Sequence record: DRR723986_4190
Reading direction: 5' to 3' (one strand)
DNA length: 35,327 nt
The notes beneath the pieces are model-generated. The model was given only the letters and a program-made list of their open reading frames with translations. It was not told the DNA's origin and made no database searches. Made by a program: the position numbers and the translations under genes. Shown here piece after piece: positions 1-7,716 of the stretch. Numbering within the stretch: the first letter of the stretch is position 1; the number at the start of each line of letters is the position of its first letter.

Positions 1-45
1 ATCAGTCGGATCAGTCGGATCAGTCGGATCGGTTGGGTCGGTGGG
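1..45 (-). repeat. 9-bp tandem repeat encoding (Pro-Thr-Asp)n, at least 5 units
   Basis: atcagtcgg x3, atcggttgg, gtcggtggg; truncated by the window start. Confidence 0.9.
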
Positions 46-543
46 TGTCACGGGGTTGCCAGCGTCCACCACGTCATCGTCGTCACCGTCCAGCACCGCT
101 GCACCCAGTACGCCAGCGCCAATCACCCCGGCGGCGGTACCCGCCGATGCTCCGCCAGCCAACAAGCCTGCGCCCACCAGTCCGGAGAATTCGCCGTCTT
201 GGGGCGCCAACACAGCGGTATTGACTGCATCACTGACTTCGTAAAGCTCAACACCCTCGCTCAGCGCGGTCACTTCAGTGCGGGCGGGCGAGTCTGGTAC
301 ATCGGACTCCAGCGCATCCAGCCTGGCAGATGCATTCGGTGCGAGTTCAAGCAAGGCATCGCCGTGACCTGGATGCAAGGCAGGCATTTCCACCTGCACC
401 ATTTGGCGGCTGTTGTTCACAATGGTGTCATCCCAAAATACCGGGTCACCGGGTTCCAGGGTCAGGGTTTGACCCATTCGCTGCACGGTCACGCCCACAG
501 CCTGCGTTTTCAAAATGCCCACCGAGGCCATTTCGTTCGACAT
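1..543 (-). CDS. N-terminal part of a probable secreted/surface protein (T1SS retention-module/BapA-prefix-like), runs off the window edge
   Basis: Hand translation from ATG 543 (AAGGA RBS upstream) gives 181 open codons: MSNEMASVGILKTQAVGVTVQRMGQTLTLEPGDPVFWDDTIVN..., then a Gly/Ala hydrophobic stretch LVGAGLLAGGASAGTAAGVIGAGVLGAAVL, DGDDDD and (PTD)n. It is absent from the ORF track because there is no stop inside the window. Confidence 0.75.
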   Translation of the reverse strand, partial: MSNEMASVGILKTQAVGVTVQRMGQTLTLEPGDPVFWDDTIVNNSRQMVQVEMPALHPGHGDALLELAPNASARLDALESDVPDSPARTEVTALSEGVELYEVSDAVNTAVLAPQDGEFSGLVGAGLLAGGASAGTAAGVIGAGVLGAAVLDGDDDDVVDAGNPVTPTDPTDPTDPTDPTD

Positions 544-576
544 GTGAATTCCTTGCTGATGTTCCGATTGAGTGGG

Positions 577-598
577 GGTTAACTAATTTTGGTTAACC
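577..598. promoter_or_regulatory. Inverted repeat GGTTAAC-N8-GTTAACC, candidate operator upstream of the adhesin gene
   Basis: ggttaactaattttggttaacc, 33 bp from the adhesin start codon, in an AT-rich divergent intergenic region. Confidence 0.4.
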
Positions 599-814
599 AT
601 TACTAGGTAGCGAATATACCGAATATGTAAGGTTTTTACTGACAAGATGTAGGGGTTTTTTGTAAAAATTGTTTTAAAACCACGAAAGAACCCATTTAGG
701 GGGATCAAAATTGGGGGGATTCGAGATGGAAAATACACGGTGCAGAACGCCGCAATCGAATGAAATTAAGGCATCATTCAGCATCCAAAATTTTTGCATT
801 CAAGGGGAAATCAA

Positions 815-1126
815 ATGGCTCAATTCGAGAATGTCACCGTGGTAAAAGCCGCCAATATTTATTTCGACGGCAAGGTCACCAGCCGCACAGTGTTATTTGC
901 CGATGGCACGAAAAAAACATTGGGTGTGATGCTGCCAGGCGACTATGAATTTGGTACCGCAGAAAAAGAAATCATGGAAATTCTGGCGGGTGATATGGAT
1001 GTGTTTTTGCCCGGTGAAAGCTGGAAAGCCATTACGGGTGGCCAGTCATTCGAAGTACCGGCCAACGCCAAATTCCAGTTGAAAGTGAAAACACCCGTGG
1101 ATTACTGCTGCAGCTACATCAAGTAA
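815..1126 (+). CDS. ppnP: Pyrimidine/purine nucleoside phosphorylase (YaiE/DUF1255, cupin)
   Basis: 103 aa from ATG 815 (AAGGGG RBS); [32 protein letters not shown] and FEVPAN...DYCCSY are characteristic of PpnP. Confidence 0.9.
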   Translation: MAQFENVTVVKAANIYFDGKVTSRTVLFADGTKKTLGVMLPGDYEFGTAEKEIMEILAGDMDVFLPGESWKAITGGQSFEVPANAKFQLKVKTPVDYCCSYIK

Positions 1127-2182
1127 TTAGGCAGGCACCACAAACCGTCCAAACTCAAAACTGCCCGACCGTGCGGTGGGAGCAGTGCCGGGGAACAGCC
1201 AGTAAGGCTGTGCCTCGGAAGACGGCACCACATTCGGAAAACGATCATCCACCGGGCTTGGCCCGGCAATGCTTTTCTCCTGCACCATGGAAATGTATTG
1301 GTCCACCACGTATTCCTGCGTGTTGCCATTGATGATCACTTCTGCGCCAGTTCTTTTGGCAAAGTCGGCAAGCCCGCTGATTCTGGAATGCCTGGGCTCA
1401 TAGGCGTCGAGGCTGACCCCGTTTTCACTGGTCACCAACAAACCCTGCCCGGTGTGGGCCACAATCGAGTGATTCCCTTCAGTGTGACCTTTGGTGCGTA
1501 CCAGAGCGACCGCACCGTCACCCAGCCAGACACTGTCATCCAGCAATTCAATTCGTTCAGGCGCAATGCCTTGCGTGCCTTGGGGGCAATACCACTGGTT
1601 CTGCCAGGGAATTAAAGCCTGCGCACTTTCCCATTCCTCCCGCATCACCAACAGCTTTGCGTTCGGGAATATCGGCGTTTGCCCATTGGCTCCAAGCCAG
1701 CGGCTCACATTTTGCGTGTGAAGGTGATCGTAGGTGATGTAATCCACATCTTCAGGCCGCAGCCCGATGCTGGCCAGGCACTTCAGCACGGTGGAGGTTT
1801 TCTTCAGCACCATCGCTTCCATCACGCCCACCAGGGGGCCGGCTTTGGCATCCAGGTGCGCGAAAAATGGGGTGGCACGCTGGTGTTCCCAATCGGATGG
1901 GCTGACCAACAGTGTTTTGACACCCTCACTGCTGGAAAACTGAATGACAAACAAGCGGTTGCACAGGTGCACAAAGGGTGTGGGCAGACCGAATGCATTC
2001 AGATAAGCAAATTTGCTGGGATATGGCACGCGCACCAACTCGAAGGTTTTGTAGAACAGCACCTGGGGGTTGGCCAGCATGTCGCGACGAAAATCCTTGG
2101 CGGCCTCGCGCACATTGTCCACGCGTTGCATGGGCCGCAAAGCATCGCGGGTGCCGTCGAAGTGACTGATGCGAGTGAACAT
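1127..2182 (-). CDS. Metallo-beta-lactamase-fold hydrolase, atypical (lactonase-like scaffold)
   Basis: LASIGLRPEDVDYITYDHLHTQN, FPNAKLLVMREEW and TKGHTEGNHS; the canonical HxHxDH is altered to HLHTQN. Confidence 0.7.
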   Translation of the reverse strand: MFTRISHFDGTRDALRPMQRVDNVREAAKDFRRDMLANPQVLFYKTFELVRVPYPSKFAYLNAFGLPTPFVHLCNRLFVIQFSSSEGVKTLLVSPSDWEHQRATPFFAHLDAKAGPLVGVMEAMVLKKTSTVLKCLASIGLRPEDVDYITYDHLHTQNVSRWLGANGQTPIFPNAKLLVMREEWESAQALIPWQNQWYCPQGTQGIAPERIELLDDSVWLGDGAVALVRTKGHTEGNHSIVAHTGQGLLVTSENGVSLDAYEPRHSRISGLADFAKRTGAEVIINGNTQEYVVDQYISMVQEKSIAGPSPVDDRFPNVVPSSEAQPYWLFPGTAPTARSGSFEFGRFVVPA

Positions 2183-2204
2183 GATCCCTGCCCCTAATCT
2201 TTGG

Positions 2205-2234
2205 TTGCGCTTTCTGAAACAAGCTCACTATAAT
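2205..2234 (+). promoter_or_regulatory. Putative sigma70 promoter for the tetR operon
   Basis: TTGCGC (2205-2210), N18, TATAAT (2229-2234). Confidence 0.45.
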
Positions 2235-2237
2235 TTG

Positions 2238-2253
2238 GACAAGAAATCTTGTC
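2238..2253. promoter_or_regulatory. TetR-type operator palindrome
   Basis: GACAAGA-AA-TCTTGTC perfect inverted repeat, just downstream of the -10 box and between the divergent MBL and tetR genes. Confidence 0.65.
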
Positions 2254-2268
2254 AAAAGTGAACATTGA

Positions 2269-2901
2269 ATGAGCAAAACACCCACAAGGGCTTATGGAGG
2301 CGTGGCCGCCGAACAGCGCGCCGAGGAGCGAAAGGCACGTTTGCTGGCCGCAGCGCTTGAACTGTTTGCGCGGCAAGGTTACGCGCGCACCACAATTGAA
2401 GCCTTGTGCAGCGAAGCCAAAGTAACAGCGCGCCACTTCTACCAGTTGTTTGACAGCCGCGAGGCGATACTTCGCGCGCTATACGACAATATCATCGCAG
2501 ATCTTCGTGCAGGCGTGTTGAAAGCCATGTCCGCGCCCGAACTGAATTTGTCTGAACAAATACCACTGGCAGTGAGCGCCATGGTGCATCACTACCTGGA
2601 AGACAGCCGACATGCCCGAGTGGGCGTTCTTGAGGTGGTGGGTGTGAGCCCGCAGATGGAGGCTCGCCGCCGCGAGGCCATTCATGACATGGCCGGTTTG
2701 ATTGAAGCTTATCTGAACAATTTGGTGAGCAAAGGCGAGCTGCCCAAACGCAACTACCATTTGGTGAGCGTGGCCTTGGTGGGCGGCATCAATGAGTTGC
2801 TGGCCGAATGGCTGATGCTGGAGAACCCGCCCGACATTCCCGAGCTTAGCGAAGAGATCATCAACATTCTGAATGCCTTGATACGGGGAGCCGCGCGATG
2901 A
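2269..2901 (+). CDS. TetR/AcrR family transcriptional regulator
   Basis: N-terminal YGG...ERKARLLAAALELFARQGYARTTIEALCSEAKVTARHFYQLF helix-turn-helix. Confidence 0.92.
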   Translation: MSKTPTRAYGGVAAEQRAEERKARLLAAALELFARQGYARTTIEALCSEAKVTARHFYQLFDSREAILRALYDNIIADLRAGVLKAMSAPELNLSEQIPLAVSAMVHHYLEDSRHARVGVLEVVGVSPQMEARRREAIHDMAGLIEAYLNNLVSKGELPKRNYHLVSVALVGGINELLAEWLMLENPPDIPELSEEIINILNALIRGAAR

Positions 2902-3554
2902 ACCGTGTCGATTCAAAAGGCGTGCGTGATGCCTTGGTGTTTCATGCCGCATTTTTTGCAGTTGCCATTCCGGTTGCTTTGAACACCACTGGCAACACCC
3001 TGGGCGTTGCGTTGCTGGTGTTTGCGGTGGCCTACAACATTGCGCTTCCATTGGCTGGCGTGTTGAGGGGACACGGCGAATGGGTCCGGTTGTGGAAGTT
3101 CCTGCTGCCACTTTCGATTGCCCTGCCCTGTGCCGACTGGATGCTGGTGGAACGCATGGGTACATTGACCTTTCCAGATCACGGGATTGTGCGCTTGGGT
3201 GGTGCGGTGCCCGTGTATTTCATGGGTTTGTGGATCATGTTGTTGTGGCAAGTGTGCTGGCTGGCACTGGCTACCTCAAAACCCTACCCGGTGGTGGCAG
3301 CACTCTCGCTGGGTGGGTTCCTGATTTGGGAATGGGCTGCACGCCCCATGAACCTGTGGCATGCACAAGAGGTGCTCCAGGTGCAGGGCTTTGCGCTTTA
3401 CCCCCTGATTCCGGAAATGTTGCTGGCCATGGGGGCACTGTGGCTGTGGAACGTGCTGGGCAACAAATCCACTTTTCAACAAATTACTGGTGCACTGGCC
3501 CTGGCTGTTTTTTATGCGGGTGCGCTGTCACTTTCACTGCTCTGGATTGGTTAA
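2898..3554 (+). CDS. Polytopic membrane protein of unknown function (DUF2878/lycopene-cyclase-domain-like features)
   Basis: About 7 hydrophobic segments; acidic residues in the ADWMLV and WEWAA segments; ATGA overlap with tetR. Confidence 0.65.
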   Translation: MNRVDSKGVRDALVFHAAFFAVAIPVALNTTGNTLGVALLVFAVAYNIALPLAGVLRGHGEWVRLWKFLLPLSIALPCADWMLVERMGTLTFPDHGIVRLGGAVPVYFMGLWIMLLWQVCWLALATSKPYPVVAALSLGGFLIWEWAARPMNLWHAQEVLQVQGFALYPLIPEMLLAMGALWLWNVLGNKSTFQQITGALALAVFYAGALSLSLLWIG

Positions 3555-3557
3555 ACC

Positions 3558-4895
3558 ATGAATTCGATTGAACTGAAGCAACCCGAATTAAAACAACCCT
3601 TCACACTGCCTTGTGGCGTGGTCGTTCCCAACCGGCTTTGCAAAGCGGCCATGACAGAAGGTGTGGCCAATTCGAAGCTGCAAGCCACACACCGCCACGC
3701 CACGCTGTACAAGCGCTGGGCCGAGGGTGGTGCAGGTATTTTGATCACGGGCAATGTGTTGATTGACCGAAACATTCTGGAGCGACCTGGCAATGTGTCC
3801 ATTGACCCGGCCCCCGAACACGGCGAACCCGAGGGCATGGACGCCCTGCGCGCCTGGGCCAAAGCAGGTACCAGCAATGGCAACCACCTGTGGATGCAAA
3901 TTTCACATGCCGGGCGACAGTCGCCCCGCTACGTCACCTCCCAACCCGTCGGCCCTTCTGCTGTTCAGCTGGAACTGCTGGGCAACTACGCTCCACCCCG
4001 GGCTCTGCGCGAGGATGAAATCCTGGACCTGATTCAACGCTTTGCACGCGTGGCCCGCATCGCCAAAGAAGCCGGTTTTACGGGCGTACAGGTACACGGG
4101 GCACATGGTTATTTGCTGTCGTCTTTCCTGTCGCCAGTGACGAACCAGCGCACTGACCAATGGGGCGGTAGCCTGGAAAACCGTGCCCGCTTTTTGTTGG
4201 AGGCTGTGCGTGCCGTTCGCAAAGCGGTGGGGCCTGCGTTTCCCGTTGCCGTCAAGCTGAATTCGGATGACTTCCGCAAAGGCGGTTTTTCCAATGAGGA
4301 ATGTTTGCAGGTGGTGAAATGGCTGAATGACGAGAAAATCGATCTGCTGGAAATTTCAGGGGGCACCTACGAGCAGCCGCGTTTGCTGGGCCACACCGGT
4401 GCGGCTGATTCTGTGAAAGACGAACAACCCGCCCAGCGGGAAAGCACCAAAAAACGCGAAGCTTACTTTCTGAACTACGCAAGAGCCATTCGAGAAGTGG
4501 CCACCATGCCCTTGATGGTAACCGGTGGTTTTCGCAGCCGCGAAGCCATGGAAGAAGCATTGAGCGATGGCGTGTGCGATGTGATTGGACTGGGTCGCCC
4601 GCTGTGCACACACCCGGACACACCCAAGCAATTGATGAACGGAAAAATTGATCGTGCCGCAAGTTTTGAAAACATGCTGAAGTTGGCAGACAAGGGAATT
4701 TTTTCGCCAGCCAGCCCGGTGCTTCCCTTGAAGTTGATTAATGTGCTGGGCGCGCAGGCCTGGTATTACCAACAGATCTTCCGATTGGCAGATGGTCTTG
4801 AGGCCAAACCGTCCATGAGTATCATCGGCGCGTTCTTCAAATATTTGTTCAATGAATGGACAACGGCATTTAAAGTAAAACGTTCTTCACGCTAA
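3558..4895 (+). CDS. NADH:flavin oxidoreductase (old yellow enzyme family)
   Basis: NRLCKAAMTE, QISHAGRQ, GFTGVQVHGAHGYLLSSFLSP, NQRTDQWGGSLENRAR, LMVTGGFR and IGLGRP motifs. Confidence 0.92.
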   Translation: MNSIELKQPELKQPFTLPCGVVVPNRLCKAAMTEGVANSKLQATHRHATLYKRWAEGGAGILITGNVLIDRNILERPGNVSIDPAPEHGEPEGMDALRAWAKAGTSNGNHLWMQISHAGRQSPRYVTSQPVGPSAVQLELLGNYAPPRALREDEILDLIQRFARVARIAKEAGFTGVQVHGAHGYLLSSFLSPVTNQRTDQWGGSLENRARFLLEAVRAVRKAVGPAFPVAVKLNSDDFRKGGFSNEECLQVVKWLNDEKIDLLEISGGTYEQPRLLGHTGAADSVKDEQPAQRESTKKREAYFLNYARAIREVATMPLMVTGGFRSREAMEEALSDGVCDVIGLGRPLCTHPDTPKQLMNGKIDRAASFENMLKLADKGIFSPASPVLPLKLINVLGAQAWYYQQIFRLADGLEAKPSMSIIGAFFKYLFNEWTTAFKVKRSSR

Positions 4896-4937
4896 AGCTG
4901 TACAACATCAGTCAAGCCCGATACTCAGGAGAATCCC

Positions 4938-5672
4938 ATGTCGAAACGCGCGCTGTATTCACACAAACAACAAGGTGGCATGGGCCTTCTGGGCTCTATG
5001 GTGTTGGCTGCGGGAGTGATGGTGGCCGGTTTTTTAATGGCCTCTGCGGTGAAGGATTTTAGAAAGTACGACCAGTTCATCGAAGTGCGAGGCCTGGCCG
5101 AAGAACTTGTAAAATCGGACAAAGCAAGCTGGAACCTGTCTTTTTCAGTGCTCGCAGACACACCACAAGCCGCGGGTGCCACCTGGACGAAACAGCTGGA
5201 AAAACTGGAAAGCCTGGTGCTGGGCATGGGCTTTGAGGCCAGCGACATTCGCCGCCAACCGGTGACCATTTTTGAAAACGTAAACCCCAATGGCGCGCCG
5301 GTTGAACCCGGCAAACGTTGGCGTGCACAAGGTGGCTTCGTGCTGGAGACCGCCAAGGTGGATGCGGTGGAACAGGCCTCGCTGAACAGCGATGTGTTCC
5401 TCAACGAGGGCATTCTGGTCGAGTCGAGCTTTATTCAGTTTTACTTCACTGACTTGAACAGCATCAAGCCCCGGATGCTGAAAGCCGCCACCGACAATGC
5501 CAAGGAGGCTGCACAAACTTTTGCAGCCGATTCAGGCGTGAAAGTGGGTGCCTTGAAAACAGCCACCCAGGGATTGTTTTCCATTTCAGCGCCACTGGGC
5601 GATTACGGTGGCGAAAACTCGGTGATGAAGAAGATTCGAGTGGTCACCAAGGTGCAGTATCTGGTTGAATGA
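4938..5672 (+). CDS. SIMPL domain (DUF541) protein
   Basis: AGGAG RBS; N-terminal TM; IEVRGLAE, FTDLNSIKPRML...AT.NAKEAA..FAADSG, A.QG.FSI and K.IRVV motifs. Confidence 0.85.
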   Translation: MSKRALYSHKQQGGMGLLGSMVLAAGVMVAGFLMASAVKDFRKYDQFIEVRGLAEELVKSDKASWNLSFSVLADTPQAAGATWTKQLEKLESLVLGMGFEASDIRRQPVTIFENVNPNGAPVEPGKRWRAQGGFVLETAKVDAVEQASLNSDVFLNEGILVESSFIQFYFTDLNSIKPRMLKAATDNAKEAAQTFAADSGVKVGALKTATQGLFSISAPLGDYGGENSVMKKIRVVTKVQYLVE

Positions 5673-5675
5673 TTT

Positions 5676-6854
5676 TCAACGCGGTTTGGCCTTGCCCACC
5701 CATTCACCCAACGGTGTTGCCGCTGCCCATAGCGCGTGCCCCGCATCGTTGGAGTGAATGAAATCGCCACTGTTGTACTGTGGCAGGAATGTAAGCCCGC
5801 CCGGGGCCTCCACTTCTGCGTTGTAATCCGCCACGCCATCACACTCGCCACTGTTCAATATCCAGTCATTCAATTTGGCGCGTTCACCGGTCAAGTTGGC
5901 CTGAAACGATTGGGCACCGGGAATCCAGGTGGGGCAAAACACATTGATGCCGCGTGCGTGGGCTTGGGCAATGACATCCTTGTAATTGGCGATGATTTCA
6001 TCGGCACTTCGGCTGGACAAATCATTGGTGACCCAGACCACCACCGAACTGACACCCACGGTGTCGAACACATCCCGTTGTAGGCGCGTCGCGCTGGCAT
6101 TCTGCAAGGTATCTCCGCCAATGCCCCGGTTCACAATGGTGTTGCGCTGTCCCGGTGTAATCTCATTCAACATTCGAACCGACAGCAAATCGCTGATGCG
6201 CTTGAAACCATTCTGGCTGGTGTTGTAACCATGGAAACTGGAACTGCCCAAAAACACCATGGCTCCTTTTGAGTCCCTGGTGAGCACCTCAATGTCGCGA
6301 AGCGCGTACACCGTGCAACCATTGCACATGATAGGCAAACCGGGAGGCGTGGAAAAACGGGTGTCATCGATCAAACCGTAACCCGCCCCGGAATCCTCAA
6401 GGGTTTGATTGCCTGAGCCATGGGGCAATTTGTAGGATTCAATCCAGGTGGCTCCGTACTCGCCCGGGTTGTCTGCACCCTTCACATACAGGCTGACCGC
6501 AAGATCATCCTGATTGCTCACTTTGAACGCAATCGGATCGCTGTAAAACGATTCGGTTTGGGGCGGAATGGTGGCGCTGGTTTGGCCGCAGTTGAAGGTG
6601 ACTGCCTTGCTGCTGTTCAACTTCAGGTTTGCGCCTGTGGCGCCTTCCCGCATACCAATGCTTGCAGCACCAATTTGCATGGGCTGATCGCTCAGGTTGA
6701 TGAAACGAATACGCACCGCATTGCCACTGGCCGTGACACGGGCAATGTTTCGAACTGTTGTTTCCACAGGCGCAGTGCCGGTGACATGGGTAACACCCCA
6801 TGCTGACATCCACCGCGCACCGTCAGCCGCATTCGAATTGCTGTTGCAAGACAA
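5676..6854 (-). CDS. SGNH/GDSL hydrolase with N-terminal beta domain; start uncertain, possibly 5'-truncated
   Basis: Blocks FLGSSSFHG, NRGIGGD, WVTND and GDFIH; N-terminal WMSAW and VRIRFIN. The first possible start after the in-frame TAA at 6912-6914 is a TTG without an RBS. Confidence 0.75.
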   Translation of the reverse strand: MSCNSNSNAADGARWMSAWGVTHVTGTAPVETTVRNIARVTASGNAVRIRFINLSDQPMQIGAASIGMREGATGANLKLNSSKAVTFNCGQTSATIPPQTESFYSDPIAFKVSNQDDLAVSLYVKGADNPGEYGATWIESYKLPHGSGNQTLEDSGAGYGLIDDTRFSTPPGLPIMCNGCTVYALRDIEVLTRDSKGAMVFLGSSSFHGYNTSQNGFKRISDLLSVRMLNEITPGQRNTIVNRGIGGDTLQNASATRLQRDVFDTVGVSSVVVWVTNDLSSRSADEIIANYKDVIAQAHARGINVFCPTWIPGAQSFQANLTGERAKLNDWILNSGECDGVADYNAEVEAPGGLTFLPQYNSGDFIHSNDAGHALWAAATPLGEWVGKAKPR

Positions 6855-6936
6855 ACCCGAAGCCTGCGTGTTGCTGCCTGAGGGGCGGGCCTTGACAGAT
6901 GCAAACCGGGATTAAGGGCTTACCGCAGCAGAACAA

Positions 6937-7716
6937 TTACACTTCGTGTACGAACAATTCCCGCTCAAATCGGATTTGAGGCCAGAAAACGCCGTCGTCA
7001 GCGCGCTCGCCGGCGCCAATCACCATGATGGGGAACGCGTCGTCGCTGAGCTTCAACAATTTGCGAACACGGGCTTCATCGTAACCTTCCATCATGCAGG
7101 TATCAAAACCGTGCGCACGAAATGCCAGCACCAGGTTTTCACAAGCCAGTGCCGCGCTTTTTGCCGCCCACAATTCCACCTCGCTGCGGGTGTAGGGGCC
7201 GCGTGGCAAAGGTGCAATCAAACCACCCACATTGGATGCTGCTTTTTTCACCATGGCAAAACTGTTCAAAGGGCCGGGTGAATAATTGTAGGGAATCAAC
7301 TGGTAATAACGGCGCACCAGTGTGGGCACTTCCGGCATCGGCCAGTCTTTGATCATTTTCTTGGAAAAGTCGCTGACACGGTCTACGCGCGCCACGCACA
7401 CAATCAATTCCTGCGCGGTTTTTGCAGCCAACTGGCCCAGACAGGCGGTCACCAGCTTGGCTTTTTTCGCTGGCGTTTTGACAACGTAAAACTCCCACGG
7501 CTGCAAGCCTGACGAACACGGGGCCAACAAGGCCATGTCCAGGCATTCGTCTAACACCTCTTTGGGAATGGGTTTGTCAGTGAACTTGCGAACCGACCTT
7601 CGGCTTTCCACTACTTTTTTGAAATTGGCGGCGCTGATTCCCTTCGGCGCCGGTTCGTAATAACGTTGCTTGCCATCCACTTCAATGGTCTTGAATTTCT
7701 TTGCGGCTGCTTTCAT
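6937..7716 (-). CDS. Nitroreductase family protein
   Basis: SRRSVRKF, APCSSGLQPWEF and GFDTCMMEGYD motifs; ATGA overlap with the RND gene. Confidence 0.92.
   Translation of the reverse strand: MKAAAKKFKTIEVDGKQRYYEPAPKGISAANFKKVVESRRSVRKFTDKPIPKEVLDECLDMALLAPCSSGLQPWEFYVVKTPAKKAKLVTACLGQLAAKTAQELIVCVARVDRVSDFSKKMIKDWPMPEVPTLVRRYYQLIPYNYSPGPLNSFAMVKKAASNVGGLIAPLPRGPYTRSEVELWAAKSAALACENLVLAFRAHGFDTCMMEGYDEARVRKLLKLSDDAFPIMVIGAGERADDGVFWPQIRFERELFVHEV

Noticed and set aside
1-45. Tandem repeat as a possible CRISPR array or mobile-element end
   Set aside because: 9-bp units without spacers, with synonymous variation in frame: a coding PTD repeat.
33-596. Plus-strand ORFs 33-224, 41-244, 199-582 and 330-596
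   Set aside because: Shadows of the minus-strand gene at 1-543, which has an RBS and a coherent protein.
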